A stretch of DNA of 64,000 nt. Source: Theionarchaea archaeon (GTDB taxonomy: Archaea; Methanobacteriota_B; Thermococci; Methanofastidiosales; SZ-28-30). Location of the stretch: NCBI GenBank assembly GCA_018992685.1, contig JACVGT010000011.1, positions 96,001 through 160,000 of the forward strand, written 5' to 3'. The notes under the pieces are model-generated. The model did not search any database. It saw only the letters and a program-made list of their open reading frames with translations, and was not told where the DNA came from. Shown in pieces: positions 31,082 to 42,085 of the stretch (the stretch's first letter is position 1; every line of letters starts with the position of its first letter). The position numbers and the translations under genes were made by a program.

Positions 31082-31620
31082 CCTAAGACCTCCTTCGTGG
31101 TTTTCTCTCCAAGAATGTGGTTGGCAACTTTTCTTGTGAGTTCTTTGGGCGTTGCAGCCAGCATTTTATAGGAAATGCTTTTTTCTCTTGGCAAGAGAGT
31201 TAAAGCGTTCCATCTACCTTCCAGGCATGCTTTGACGCATTGTGGTTCCCCATCACACAAGTCGCATATGACAATGGAGCTACCATCTGGATGGAGGTGT
31301 GGAACCTTCCCTGGGCACGCTGTTATGCATAACCCGCATGCTGTACACGTCTCCACATCTACCTTAACTGCTCCAGTCTGATGGATTACAGAAAGGGCTC
31401 CTTCTGGACAGGCTTCAACGCAGGGATAATCCTCACATTGGAAGCATAAATGGGGAATCTCTATTCCCGGAACAAGCATGAAAACTCTGATTCTTGAAGC
31501 TTCAGGCCAGATTTCCTTTTCGTGGTAGAGTGAACAGGAAATCTCACATCTTCTGCATCCGCTGCAATTCTCATAGGATCGCTCGATCCTAAATTGATCA
31601 TCCTGGTCCATAATACTCAC
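31078..31620 (-). CDS. 4Fe-4S polyferredoxin subunit (DmsB/HybA-like) of the AOR
   Basis: CSGCRRCEISC, CFQCEDYPCVEACP, CTACGLCITACP, CDLCDGEPQCVKAC; overlaps the aor start. Confidence 0.9.
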   Translation of the reverse strand: MSIMDQDDQFRIERSYENCSGCRRCEISCSLYHEKEIWPEASRIRVFMLVPGIEIPHLCFQCEDYPCVEACPEGALSVIHQTGAVKVDVETCTACGLCITACPGKVPHLHPDGSSIVICDLCDGEPQCVKACLEGRWNALTLLPREKSISYKMLAATPKELTRKVANHILGEKTTKEVLG

Positions 31621-31768
31621 TTATTGGATTGAAACATGTGCATTCCACAAAGGAAGATAGGTCAGAAGTCTTTTCTCAGTTAAACCTTATAAATCTATTG
31701 CATCAGTGTCAGGGGATATCTTTAAATTGAAGCAATTCAAGTCTCATCAGAAAACATTGGTGATCTTC

Positions 31769-32623
31769 ATGATAATAGAGACAAGAGATCTGACAAAATA
31801 CTACGGGAAAATCAGAGGAGTAGAAAATCTAAACTTTTCCATTGAAAAAGGCGAAATTTTTGGATTCTTAGGTCCGAATGGTGCAGGAAAAACCACAACC
31901 ATAAGAACGCTTCTTGGATTTCTAAAACCCACGAGGGGAAAGGCTCTCATTTTTGGAGAGAATGTTGAGAAGGAAATTGTGAGGATAAAGGAGAAGACAG
32001 GATACATTCCCGGAGAGTTCGCCCTCTACGGAGATTTGACTGCTAGAGATTTGCTGAAATACTTCGGTACATTGAGGAGAAACTTCGATGAAAAAAGACT
32101 TGAAAGACTGTTGGAGATATTTGAACTCCCGCTGGATAGAAAGGTCAAGGGATATTCACGGGGAATGAAACAAAAATTGAGCATCGTGCAAGCTTTCATG
32201 CACAATCCTGAACTGATAATTATGGACGAACCGACAGCTGGGCTTGACCCTTTGCTTCAGGGGAAATTCTACGATTTCTTAAGAGAAGAAAAGAAGGAAG
32301 GCAAGACCATGTTCATCTCATCTCACATATTGACGGAAGTAGAAAAAATCTCAGACAGGGTGGGTATAATAAGAGATGGAAGTTTGATAGCGTTGGAAAA
32401 TGTAGATTCTCTGAAGAGTAAAAAAGGAAAAGTCGTGAAGGTGAAAACTGCAGAAAAACTAACAGTCAGGGGAATAAAAACCAAGTTGGAGAATGGATGG
32501 ACGACCTTCGTTGTCACAAAAGATATGGATGAAGTCATCAAAGAATTGGCGAACTACACTATCAGAGATATAGAAATAGGCGAACTCAGCCTCGAGGAAA
32601 TATTCTTGCATTATTACAGGTGA
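31769..32623 (+). CDS. ABC-2 exporter ATP-binding protein
   Basis: GPNGAGKTT, YSRGMKQK, IIMDEPT, SSH. Confidence 0.95.
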   Translation: MIIETRDLTKYYGKIRGVENLNFSIEKGEIFGFLGPNGAGKTTTIRTLLGFLKPTRGKALIFGENVEKEIVRIKEKTGYIPGEFALYGDLTARDLLKYFGTLRRNFDEKRLERLLEIFELPLDRKVKGYSRGMKQKLSIVQAFMHNPELIIMDEPTAGLDPLLQGKFYDFLREEKKEGKTMFISSHILTEVEKISDRVGIIRDGSLIALENVDSLKSKKGKVVKVKTAEKLTVRGIKTKLENGWTTFVVTKDMDEVIKELANYTIRDIEIGELSLEEIFLHYYR

Positions 32624-32627
32624 TCAT

Positions 32628-33422
32628 ATGAAAATAGCAATTCATGACGTAAAAAACAGCTGGAAGGGGACCTTGATGTTACTCCTGGCCTTTATTGGTC
32701 TTGTTGTCATGATACTATCAATATACCCTGGTATGAAAGGGTCCATTGATATGTGGAGGGATAATCTTCCTGAGGTTGCGTTAACTACGTTCGGGAGATC
32801 GGGGATTGATTTGTCAATGGTGGAAGGCTATTTGAATGTGGAGTTCTACCAGTGGGGATGGGTGCTCACTCTCGGTATCTACTTTGCATTCATTTCCTCC
32901 TCCTTGATTTCAAAAGAAATAGAAAGTAAGACGATAGATATGCTCCTCTCAAACCCTGTTTCTAGGGCAAGAGTTGTCCTTGAGAAGTTTTTTGGACTAG
33001 TGCCAGCGATAATCCTGATGAACGTTGTGATGCCTATTGCCATTCTTGGATACTTGAAATACATAAACGAGACCATAGATGTGACCTATCTGTTTTACAC
33101 TCATCTTGTATCTGTTTTCTATCTGTGTGCAGTCTGTGCCATTGGGTTGTTGTTCTCCGTCATCTTCGATGAAACGAGAAGAGCAAATGTAGTGGCAATA
33201 GGAGTCATCTCTGGTATGTATATTATGGAAGTCCTCTCATTCATTTCAGAGAAATATTCTGCAATAGGGAAGATATCTATAATCCATTACTACGACCCAG
33301 GAGAAATGCTGGTGCATCACACCGTTGAAGCTTCAGACGTAATAATCCTGTTCTTCATAACTGCAGTGATACTCGTGGCAGCTGCGATCTACTTCGAGAA
33401 GAGAGATATTGCTGTCAGTTAG
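32628..33422 (+). CDS. ABC-2 exporter permease
   Basis: 6 TM; EIESKTIDMLLSNPVSR, FEKRDI C-terminus. Confidence 0.9.
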   Translation: MKIAIHDVKNSWKGTLMLLLAFIGLVVMILSIYPGMKGSIDMWRDNLPEVALTTFGRSGIDLSMVEGYLNVEFYQWGWVLTLGIYFAFISSSLISKEIESKTIDMLLSNPVSRARVVLEKFFGLVPAIILMNVVMPIAILGYLKYINETIDVTYLFYTHLVSVFYLCAVCAIGLLFSVIFDETRRANVVAIGVISGMYIMEVLSFISEKYSAIGKISIIHYYDPGEMLVHHTVEASDVIILFFITAVILVAAAIYFEKRDIAVS

Positions 33423-33870
33423 AGTTGTATCTCCCTTTGCGTTCCATTGTCATTGAGTGAATGGATGATCTGGATCCCCGATTTATGCAGCATCTTCACC
33501 GAATTTTGAAATCCGAAAGTGAATAGAAGGACTTATACGTGAAGCCGGAAAGTGAAGGTATGGAACCTCCCACAGATGCGAACATACTACCCAAGCATTT
33601 TGCTTTTTGCATTCTTCATTCCTCGTGGAGGGACATCTTCAACATTCGATGTAGCATCACACCTATCCAGATGAGTTGGAAGAATACTACCCAATCTTTG
33701 GTAGAAAGGATGCAGAAAGAGTGGAATACATCACGGTACCAGGAGGATGATGCAGGTCAGCTGTGAAGCAGTTCTCAAAGTCCTTGGAGTTTAAGAAATG
33801 AGAGTCTTTACCATTGATTGGATACCTTCTATGATAAAGCAGTGATATACCCAACAAGATGGATGAGAAA

Positions 33871-34449
33871 CTAATCTACTAGGCTACCATACATCCATGA
33901 ATACTCGTTATCAGTCCTTTCAAACCCCACTTTTTCGGCTAATTTTATACTTGGCACATTCTCCTGACCGCAATGCCATCCAATAGAACCATGATTACTG
34001 GACAAACAGGAGTCCACGAGAGCTGCTGTTGCGATGGCGCCAAACCCTCTCTGTCGGTATTCTTTGACTGTTTGTACTGTGAACTCACACGAAGAACCAT
34101 ACCTGAATGAAAGACACCAGCTGACAGCCGCTTTATCTCTATAGACCAGGCAGTAACCTTCAAATCTCCTTCTTATGAATTCATCAACAGAAGCAATAAT
34201 GTCTTTGACTTCTCCAATAAGTGTATCAATGTTGTCTATATTGCTCTTCAACAAGTTCTCATCGACACGTCTTAAGGCAAATCCTGGAGGTATTCTGTCT
34301 TTCCAGTCGGTAACAACCTTCTGGCTAAATGCATAGTAGCAGCGAGGCATCCTCCTCGGAAACCGATCTATCAGTACCTCATTATTCAGTACCTTTTTTT
34401 CCCAGTGATGTGAGCATATTACGAAATACAGGGTTATGTTCCTCTTCAA
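33871..34449 (-). pseudogene. GNAT acetyltransferase, 5'-truncated
   Basis: VQTVKEYRQRGFG, WHC...N.PSIKLAEKVGF; no ATG start or promoter, abuts a truncated ABC gene. Confidence 0.65.
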
Positions 34450-34475
34450 TGCATCGGGGGCAATTACTCTCGTGC

Positions 34476-35228
34476 AAGACCACCACCATCAGACTCTTCC
34501 TGGACCTGATCCGCCCCACCCGAGGGAGAGCTGAAATCTTTGGACTAGAAACGCAGAAAAACTCGCTCAAAATCAAAAGCCGCATTGGTTATATCCCTGG
34601 TGATCTGAGTCTGTACGATGCAATGTCTGGAAAAAGGTTCCTGCAATTTGTCTCTTCCTTGAGAACGAAAGAACCAGTGATGGCAGATGCGCTCTGTGAA
34701 CGGTTTCAGGTAACAGTGGACAGAAAAATTAAGGAGTACTCAAAAGGCATGAAACAGAAAATTGGTATTGTCCAAGCTTTCATGCATGATCCCGAATTGG
34801 TCATCATGGATGAGCCCACGCTGGGGTTAGACCCATTAATGCAGCGAGAGTTCTACACGTTCTTGAAAGAAGAACAGGAAAAAGGGAGAACCTTCTTCAT
34901 ATCTTCTCACATCTTAAGTGAGGTTGAAAAAGTGTGCGATCGTGTGGGAATCATAAGAGAAGGGAACATCGTGGCAATAGAAGATGTGGAAACTCTGAAA
35001 AAGAAGAGTGGGAGACTCATGGAAGTCACTTTCTCGAATGACGTCACAGAGGAAGACTTTAACATTCCTCAGATTTCAGTAGTATCCATAGAGAATCGTA
35101 CGGTGCAGTTCAGGGTTACTGGTAACATGGATGATGTTATCAAGCATTTGTCTCATTTCGAAATTAAGGATCTCGTTTCAAAAGGTGTATCGGTAGAGGA
35201 TATATTCATGCACTACTATGGTGATTGA
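34476..35228 (+). pseudogene. ABC-2 ATP-binding protein, 5'-truncated within Walker A
   Basis: Homology to 31769..32623 begins abruptly at KTTTIR; GPNGAG is missing; the rest is intact. Confidence 0.8.
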
Positions 35229-35229
35229 A

Positions 35230-36027
35230 ATGAAGATTTTTGTCAAAACGCTGCGAGAGAAATCAAGAGGAATTCTCATTTTGATGGTACTATTTTTGGG
35301 ATTCGCAATATACACTGCAGCTATGTTCCCTGCCATGGGTGAAGATATGCTGAAAAACCTTGATAGAGTACTTGATTTTCCAGCTTTCAAAGCCTTCGGA
35401 AAGTCTGTATCCACGCTTACCGCTATTGAGGGTCTCTTCGTGGTTGAGATATATCAATGGATGATTGAACTTCTCTTGGCAGGATATGTTGTCCTCTTTG
35501 CTGCGAGTTTTGTGTCTGGAGAAATCGAGAAGAAAACTATAGATGTATTGCTGGCAAACCCTATTTCACGAACCCGAATACTCCTAGAGAAGTACCTAGC
35601 ATTGGTGGTGATGATTGTCATGGTGAATGTGGCGCTGTTCATAGGAGTTGTTGCAGGGATAGCATACATTGGTGAAGAAACAGATGTAACCTGGCTGGCG
35701 TACACTCACATCGTGTTGATGCCGTTCCTTCTGGCTGTGGGTTCTTATTCCACTTTCTTATCGGTATTGTTCGATGATTTTCGGAAGGTGATGTCTGTGG
35801 GACTTGGGATCTTGTTCGGTACTTTCTTCTTGGATTCAATTTCCTTGATGGCAGAAAAATATGCTTTCGTATCCAAGGTGACGCTGTTTCACTACTTTGA
35901 TCCAGGAGAAACCCTCGTTTTGCACAAGATCGAGTGGAACCACGTAGTGGTGTTATGTGTGGTAGCTGTGGCACTGCTCTTGGCTGCTGTGCAGTGGTTC
36001 AACAAGAGAGACATCAACATTACATGA
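35230..36027 (+). CDS. ABC-2 exporter permease (paralog of 32628..33422)
   Basis: GEIEKKTIDVLLANPISR, FNKRDI. Confidence 0.9.
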   Translation: MKIFVKTLREKSRGILILMVLFLGFAIYTAAMFPAMGEDMLKNLDRVLDFPAFKAFGKSVSTLTAIEGLFVVEIYQWMIELLLAGYVVLFAASFVSGEIEKKTIDVLLANPISRTRILLEKYLALVVMIVMVNVALFIGVVAGIAYIGEETDVTWLAYTHIVLMPFLLAVGSYSTFLSVLFDDFRKVMSVGLGILFGTFFLDSISLMAEKYAFVSKVTLFHYFDPGETLVLHKIEWNHVVVLCVVAVALLLAAVQWFNKRDINIT

Positions 36028-36198
36028 CGATGCTGACTTCATGACGATATTGACTTTTTTCCTTTTTATGAAGCACTTGGATGAACTTGAGGCGGGATGG
36101 GATGAGAACTCCTTGGAGGTTATTGATGTAGATATTACACGCCAGATTGAATCAGCTTCTGGAATTCAACCTCATCCGGAGCTTAATAATTCGGAAAA

Positions 36199-36387
36199 TC
36201 ATTTCATCATAGTCTTTGCAAATGTTCTCGCTTGATCCAAGTCTTCATGACTTGGTTTTCCTCGATTAGTAAGGAAAAACTTCCCCTTGCAGAAGAATTT
36301 ACCTTTGATACAAGTTTCCTTGGTACTCAGAACATCTTCCATTCCTTTAACCTCAACTCCCTCTCCTGCCGCCGAGGTCCCAGACAA
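36199..36387 (-). pseudogene. Flavodoxin C-terminal fragment
   Basis: GKFFCKG....NRGKPSHEDLDQARTFA resembles a flavodoxin C-terminus; N-terminal phosphate-binding loop absent. Confidence 0.5.
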
Positions 36388-36584
36388 GCAACAGTTCTTA
36401 ACGTGAAATCACTCTCTTCTGTTCCAATTACTGTTCTTGTGATTCTACAACCATGTTTTCCTAATGGGCCAATAGAGGAAGATGCTTGAAATGTGCGCAT
36501 CAAAAACCTAAAATCTGAAACTATTAATTGTTTAGGTCAGAAAAGCTTAAATACACAGGATGAATAAATAACAGAGGTGATAAA

Positions 36585-37136
36585 ATGGCAAAAGTAACAC
36601 GTGAAGTGGTAGAAAAAGCTGGTGTTAATGTAGATCAGCTGGTAGAGTCATTAGTTAGGAATGCTGCAGCGGAATTGACAACATACTACTATTATACTAT
36701 CCTCCGAGCAAATCTGATCGGACTGGAGGGAGAGGGAATCAAAGAGATTGCAGAGGTTGCTCGTATCGAAGATCGGAATCACTTCGAAGCTTTAGTGCCA
36801 CGGATTTATGAACTCGGAGGAGCTTTGCCCAGAGATATGAAAGAGTTCCACGATATCTCAGGATGCCCTCCTGCATACTTGCCCGAGGACACAACTGATG
36901 TCAACAAGATTTTGAAAGTCCTTGTGGAAGCTGAGAGATGTGCAGTCCGTCAATATACCAACGTTTGTAACCTTACTGCCGGAAAGGACCACAGAACCTA
37001 TGATCTTGCGCTTTCAATCCTCAACGAAGAAATAGAGCATGAATCCTGGTTCTCCGAGTTCCTGGGCGAGGGACCCTCAGGGCACTTCATGCGCAGGGGA
37101 GAAAGCTCACCATTTGTGTCCAAATTTCTGAAGTAG
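36585..37136 (+). CDS. dps: DPS-like (DpsL) ferritin-family protein
   Basis: [41 protein letters not shown]. Confidence 0.92.
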   Translation: MAKVTREVVEKAGVNVDQLVESLVRNAAAELTTYYYYTILRANLIGLEGEGIKEIAEVARIEDRNHFEALVPRIYELGGALPRDMKEFHDISGCPPAYLPEDTTDVNKILKVLVEAERCAVRQYTNVCNLTAGKDHRTYDLALSILNEEIEHESWFSEFLGEGPSGHFMRRGESSPFVSKFLK

Positions 37137-37169
37137 ATACAAGTTTATCTCCTTTCTCCATTTTATACC

Positions 37170-37412
37170 ATGAAACTATTCAGCAAAGAGGAACTTGCCA
37201 CGTATAATGGAAAAAATGGTGCTCCAGCATACCTGGCATACAAGGGGAAGGTATACGACGTTTCTGACAGTTTTCTCTGGCGAAATGGAAATCATCAGGG
37301 GTTCCACATGGCAGGCGAAGACTTGACCACGAGTCTTGACCGAGCACCTCACAATGAGGATCTCCTTGAAAGGGTTCCCGTGGTGGGAATTCTTGATGAT
37401 ACTTCTGAATAA
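37170..37412 (+). CDS. Cytochrome b5-like heme/steroid-binding protein
   Basis: FSKEELATYNGKNG.PAY.AYKGKVYDVS, H.AG.DLT, APH. Confidence 0.9.
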   Translation: MKLFSKEELATYNGKNGAPAYLAYKGKVYDVSDSFLWRNGNHQGFHMAGEDLTTSLDRAPHNEDLLERVPVVGILDDTSE

Positions 37413-37458
37413 ATACCTTCAAAAATGAGAGAAATGTTTCAGCTCGTCGGAGTTGCTT

Positions 37459-37563
37459 AATGAATCATCCCTCCCTTCAGTAATTCAATGACCTTTGCTT
37501 ATGCTTGAGATTCTGGACAACAGCCAGGAGCATCACGTGGGTCTAGCGAGTGTGACGAAGACA
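37459..37563 (-). mobile_element. Short IS5-like element end fragment (copy of 45722-45827)
   Basis: Direct nucleotide match aatgaatcatccctccc...gagattctggacaacagc.aggagcat...gaagaca. Confidence 0.75.
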
Positions 37564-38833
37564 AAGCACAAACGTATGTGAAGATTACAAAAGAGATCCA
37601 GCTCCGTTTAGTTTTGTGTGCACATTCTCTTTCTATCCAACTTCCTCCATAAGCCCCAATTGGAAATACATTGTAGGGGAATTTCTCCAATTCCACAAAT
37701 TCCCCATTCCTGTACACGTACAGGCTTTGCTTTAACTCCGTTGGATCAGGTACACCTATTTGTCTGATGAAGAGAATACCTCTCGATTTCCATTCAGGCA
37801 CCATGTTAGCATAACCAGAATCCAGGACTTGTTCCTCTTTTGTATCGACATCAACAATGACTAACTCATAGATTCCAAAGGGTTCGTTTTCCTTACCTGT
37901 CTTCAATCGCGAAAAGACAATTTGCTTATTATCAGGGCTCAAATCAGGATCAGCATCAATTCCAATTGGATACCCCCTCTGAGGCCCTTCATTGTCCGGA
38001 TTTTTCCCGCCATCAGTGATTTTTTCTAAATTTCCCCCATCTGAATCCATCAGCCAGACCTGAGACGGTTTTTCAAGCCAGGGTAAGGGAAGTCTGTTAA
38101 ACACGATCTTTGATCCATCCTCAGACCATGAACAATCAAAATCCATATACTCTGCATCATCAGTTAGTTCCACCAGATTCTTCTTAAAGTCAATTGTGTA
38201 GATATGGTGTGGATGACTAATATCTAGACCTTTTCTTGCAGAAAAAACGATTTTCTCACTTATACAGGAGTAATCCGGGTTATTTATGGCATCCAGTCCA
38301 CATTCAGAGGTAAGACAGTTCATCTCCCCTGTGGTTAAGTCCAAGAGGTACAGTTCTGTCTTGTCCCTATCAGTAACCATCCCGTCCTTGTCGGTGTCAG
38401 CGCAGGCTGCATTACACATAATCGTCGTGGTGTCCACAACCTGGCCATTGACAAAACAGCACTCTATATTTGTTATCTGGATAACATTTCCTGTCTCCAT
38501 GTCTAGAGCAAATAACTGTCTCGGGGAAGCCAATCCATCGTCTGGATTATATATTTTCTTGTTGCAGAGAGGATCATTGATGAAATTGTTCTTTAATTCG
38601 TACTTTTCATCTAGACAGGCAACATCATCCAAAACATATCGAATGGAACTGAAGATGATATCCATGGATTCTGGAATTTCATTGACGAGGATCCCTTTTG
38701 GTATTTCTGTAGGTGGTTGCTTTTCCATCTGGTCTTTCTCTTCAACACATCCACTGATCACTATAATTCCCAGTAAGAGAACTCCTACCAGGGAGAACAT
38801 TTTTCCATTCTTGCGTCTAATTTTCATCAGCAT
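37499..38833 (-). CDS. TolB-like beta-propeller lipoprotein; C-terminus reads into an IS fragment
   Basis: ISGC lipobox-like motif, WSEDGSKIVF, DPDLSPDNKQIVFSR, DTDKDGMVTDRD Ca-loop-like segment. Confidence 0.75.
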   Translation of the reverse strand: MLMKIRRKNGKMFSLVGVLLLGIIVISGCVEEKDQMEKQPPTEIPKGILVNEIPESMDIIFSSIRYVLDDVACLDEKYELKNNFINDPLCNKKIYNPDDGLASPRQLFALDMETGNVIQITNIECCFVNGQVVDTTTIMCNAACADTDKDGMVTDRDKTELYLLDLTTGEMNCLTSECGLDAINNPDYSCISEKIVFSARKGLDISHPHHIYTIDFKKNLVELTDDAEYMDFDCSWSEDGSKIVFNRLPLPWLEKPSQVWLMDSDGGNLEKITDGGKNPDNEGPQRGYPIGIDADPDLSPDNKQIVFSRLKTGKENEPFGIYELVIVDVDTKEEQVLDSGYANMVPEWKSRGILFIRQIGVPDPTELKQSLYVYRNGEFVELEKFPYNVFPIGAYGGSWIERECAHKTKRSWISFVIFTYVCALSSSHSLDPRDAPGCCPESQA

Positions 38834-39134
38834 CTCCTTGGAATTACCTAGGTTGATTCTTACTTCCCTATTCCCACATAAGTATATATTTCTTTTCTCT
38901 ATTCAGTAGTTCTGAATGTAGAAAATTACTGCACACATATCGCGAAGCCTGTAATCAAAAGAACGACAAGGGCAGCCATATCTGATACCAAGTGCTGGTT
39001 GGAAGTCCTCTGTCTACAAGCAAAGAGAAAAGATCTCAGAAGGGTTGGTGAGAGTATTTCAGCGACAGGAACGTTATTGGTGGCCACCCCATAATATATT
39101 CATTAGAGTTGTTTCGTGTATGTTCCATCATAGG

Positions 39135-40379
39135 TCATTCGTGTAGTGTTCTGGAAAAAACTGCATTTGCCACTATACCTCCAAGTGTGGTAATTGCACA
39201 GGTACATAACAGAGAACCCAGTGAAAGAACAATGAGAAGGACTTCGTTACCTAGGAGACTATCCAAACCTTGACTTTCTCTCTGGATAATTCCAAAGAGA
39301 CCGAAGACTGCATTGAATACATAGTAAGCTAAGAAAAGCACAATCCCAGTTTTCAAAGATATAAGAGTGCTTTCTTTGTAATTCAAAGGATTCTTATATA
39401 TCCTATACGTTAGAAAGACGGCTGCAAATCCTGCGCTGGCAAACAGGAAAACAGCAAAATAACTCTGAAATACAAAGACTGCCAAAACACCTGCAGCAAT
39501 TCCTGCCATAACTGCAGGACTCTTTCTATGGAACAATACTAATATGACAATTCCCGCAGCTGCAAGGGACAAGAGTGAAATTGTTACTAATTCAAAGACT
39601 ATCAAAAATCTTAAATCGATATCAAGTCCAGAAAAATAATCAATATCTTCTTTTATGTTTTCTTGATTCATGTGAATTCCATATAACAAGAACAAATCGG
39701 CACTTGCGCGTACGAGATCCTCTTCAGCCATATGTTCTTCATACGTATTGTAGAGGATTTCAGCTCTTTCTTTGGTGTAGCTATCCCATGGGGTTAAAGA
39801 TATTCTTTTGAAAAGGGACAATTCCTGTAAAGAGGAGGCAAGAATTTCTTCTTTGAGTTCTTCGGGAGTTTCCCAGTAGATTTGAGCACCTGAGAACTCC
39901 TTTTTCAAAATTTCCAGAGTTGCAATTTCATCTCTTATGGCAAGGCACCATTCTCTGTAGTGTGCAGTACCTTCCAGTTCTGCCATTGTCTCTTCGGGAA
40001 CCGTTTCAAATTCTTTCAGTTTCTCAGCCCAGTATCCAGATGCACTCGCATATGCTATAATATTATCTGAAACAACTACTATGATAGAAAAGAGCTTTCC
40101 ATAAAAACTAATGGTGGCTGTGACTGGCAGTCTCGTTCTGGGAATGTTACGAATGAATTTGATTTGAGACACTAAATTTCCCCGGCAAGCCATGATCACA
40201 GTATCCATAATATAGACCTGTGGGTCTTGTTGTGTAGAAAGAGAATTTGGAGGAGCTATTTCCTCGACGTAGTTGTCAGCCCATTCGTTCAGGACACGAG
40301 TTTTTCTGACAGACAGAATTTCCGAGAACAGCATGAAGAATAGAAAGAAACTGAATACAACCAAGAGCTTTTTCTTCAT
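39135..40379 (-). CDS. Hypothetical membrane protein (signal peptide, soluble domain, ~5 C-terminal TMs)
   Basis: 414-aa ATG ORF, hydropathy pattern. Confidence 0.7.
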   Translation of the reverse strand: MKKKLLVVFSFFLFFMLFSEILSVRKTRVLNEWADNYVEEIAPPNSLSTQQDPQVYIMDTVIMACRGNLVSQIKFIRNIPRTRLPVTATISFYGKLFSIIVVVSDNIIAYASASGYWAEKLKEFETVPEETMAELEGTAHYREWCLAIRDEIATLEILKKEFSGAQIYWETPEELKEEILASSLQELSLFKRISLTPWDSYTKERAEILYNTYEEHMAEEDLVRASADLFLLYGIHMNQENIKEDIDYFSGLDIDLRFLIVFELVTISLLSLAAAGIVILVLFHRKSPAVMAGIAAGVLAVFVFQSYFAVFLFASAGFAAVFLTYRIYKNPLNYKESTLISLKTGIVLFLAYYVFNAVFGLFGIIQRESQGLDSLLGNEVLLIVLSLGSLLCTCAITTLGGIVANAVFSRTLHE

Positions 40380-40564
40380 GAGGCGTCATGGAGTTGGACC
40401 TTTAAGAGTTTTTGCATCTTCTAGTTCTCTCGGTTAGTTCAGAAGAACAGATAGTACAAACTATCATTCGCTTGTCTGAAAAGAATTGTTCTTGCCGATA
40501 ATTCTCCCGCCATTCATGCTGGGGTTTGGTGGCGGCTGGAAGCGGGGAGTAATTCCCTCTATTC

Positions 40565-41140
40565 ATGGAACGTCAACCTGGTTAACTTGGGAATAACAGG
40601 TACCCTGGGCAGTATCAGCACCAGCAAGACACCTCTCAAGGCTCTCCCCCGCCTTGGTTATTCTCTTGAGGTTACTATTTTCAGGATTGAGACGTTCTGA
40701 CCTCTTCCTGGATAAAGGTACAATTGATGCTCCTGTCGAACCCTCAAGGCTCCTGTGCATGAAGAAATCCACCCCCCCTGGACACGGACTGGGAGTATCT
40801 TTGCCGTGGTGTTCACCGTTGTTACCTTCATTTTCCTGATGCTTTCCACACATCCAGCCGTAAAAGCTCTTAGGATTGTCGTGCCCCTGATCCCTGTTGC
40901 TGTGCTTATTGCCGCAATAAATGCGTTTAATGAAGAGTTCACCCTGCGTGCTGCTCCCCTTTCGGTACTGGTATCCACTCTGGGTAGTCAGCAGGCACTC
41001 ATGATCACCGCAATCTATACGGGCTGGGGCATTTCTACAGCGTGCCCAATGGAGTGTTGAGTGTTCTCCTGTCAGGATTCCTAGGCTGGTTCCTCGGGAA
41101 GAGCCTCCTGGAAACGGGAGGATTCTTATGGGCATAGCTG
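40565..41140 (+). pseudogene. Degenerate membrane transporter remnant (possibly ECF-type)
   Basis: Hydrophobic fragments spread over several frames (e.g. 40755..41060); family assignment is weak. Confidence 0.3.
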
Positions 41141-41249
41141 ATTCACTTCCTGCCTGATGCTATCATCTTCACCTTCTACGCAATGAATGTATAATGCGAT
41201 GGATTCAGATTCTCCGCACTGTACAAAGCATTATTAATTATGTTGCTAA

Positions 41250-41272
41250 TCAATAATGTTAATCATTATTGA
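41250..41272. promoter_or_regulatory. Perfect 9-5-9 inverted repeat resembling a Fur-family box
   Basis: tcaataatg-ttaat-cattattga, just upstream of TATA-like ggtataaa at ~41284-41291. Confidence 0.55.
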
Positions 41273-41346
41273 AGTATAGCAAAGGTATAAATTCCCAGAA
41301 TTCTTTAGAAGAAGCTGGATGTCGTTTCGAGGTATAGAGGTGTTAC

Positions 41347-41571
41347 ATGAACTGGCTTGGCAGAATTGGTCTCATCGTGTGGTCTATAAGTGTGGTAAGC
41401 TATTCAGTTCTGTTTATTCTTAATATTTATACAAGAACTGAGCCTGCCGTGAGGGCTCTCTGGATCGGGTCTATCGTGGGGACACTAGGGGGGTTCCTTC
41501 TCATGTTTATATCAGTGGTGTATGACCGATATAGGCAACTGGAAACAGAGCAGATTCATCCAAAGGTTTGA
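41347..41571 (+). CDS. Small 2-TM membrane protein
   Basis: RBS gaggtg, ATG, two hydrophobic helices. Confidence 0.65.
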   Translation: MNWLGRIGLIVWSISVVSYSVLFILNIYTRTEPAVRALWIGSIVGTLGGFLLMFISVVYDRYRQLETEQIHPKV

Positions 41572-41629
41572 AAGATGAAAGGTTCCTGAAGATCTCTCAC
41601 AAGTGGTATGGAAGATTCAACAATCTAAC

Positions 41630-41960
41630 TCAGCCCTCAGCCAGGGCTTTCGCAGCTTCTCGAGTAGCATCTGGTCTTTTCCTCCCACAATCAGAACATC
41701 ACACATTCCATAGGGTGCCGCAATATATTTCCACTCGCCAGGAGATTCTTCCCAGTTTTCCAGAGAAATGCCTTCTGTAACCAGTTCTTTGACAATTGCT
41801 TTGGCTACCGATCCACCAATCAGGATTAAATTGCGCCCGCAGGAAATCGTCCATTAGCTAAAATCCGGCTTTGTGTCCCCCTGCACAATATTAGCTTCAT
41901 CAATTACATTTTCAGGCCTGATCCGGGAAGAGTCAATGGGCGTAACGAATGCAGTGAGAT
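41630..41960 (-). pseudogene. S-layer C-terminal-domain-like remnant (frameshifted)
   Basis: Manual translation RNLILIGGSVAKAIVKELV....ENWEESPGEWKYI, then in shifted frames DVLIVGGK and ATREAAKAL; matches the archaeal S_layer_C pattern; left boundary is the stop codon, right boundary approximate. Confidence 0.55.
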
Positions 41961-42085
41961 AAGAGATCCCAACATTTAGGCGAGACTTGATCAAGAAGAT
42001 GGAAAGTGGATGAGGTGAAAGGAAAGAAATTGAGAAGAAAACAAAAGATACTTAAGGTAGGAGAGCAAAACTGATGAGATGAAAG

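Noticed and set aside
29204-31620. Selenocysteine or stop-codon readthrough in the redox enzymes
   Set aside because: The ORFs are full length, with no in-frame TGA/TAG needing recoding
40500-40560. GC-rich hairpin upstream of the transporter remnant as a riboswitch
   Set aside because: No TPP, FMN, fluoride or cobalamin consensus recognised
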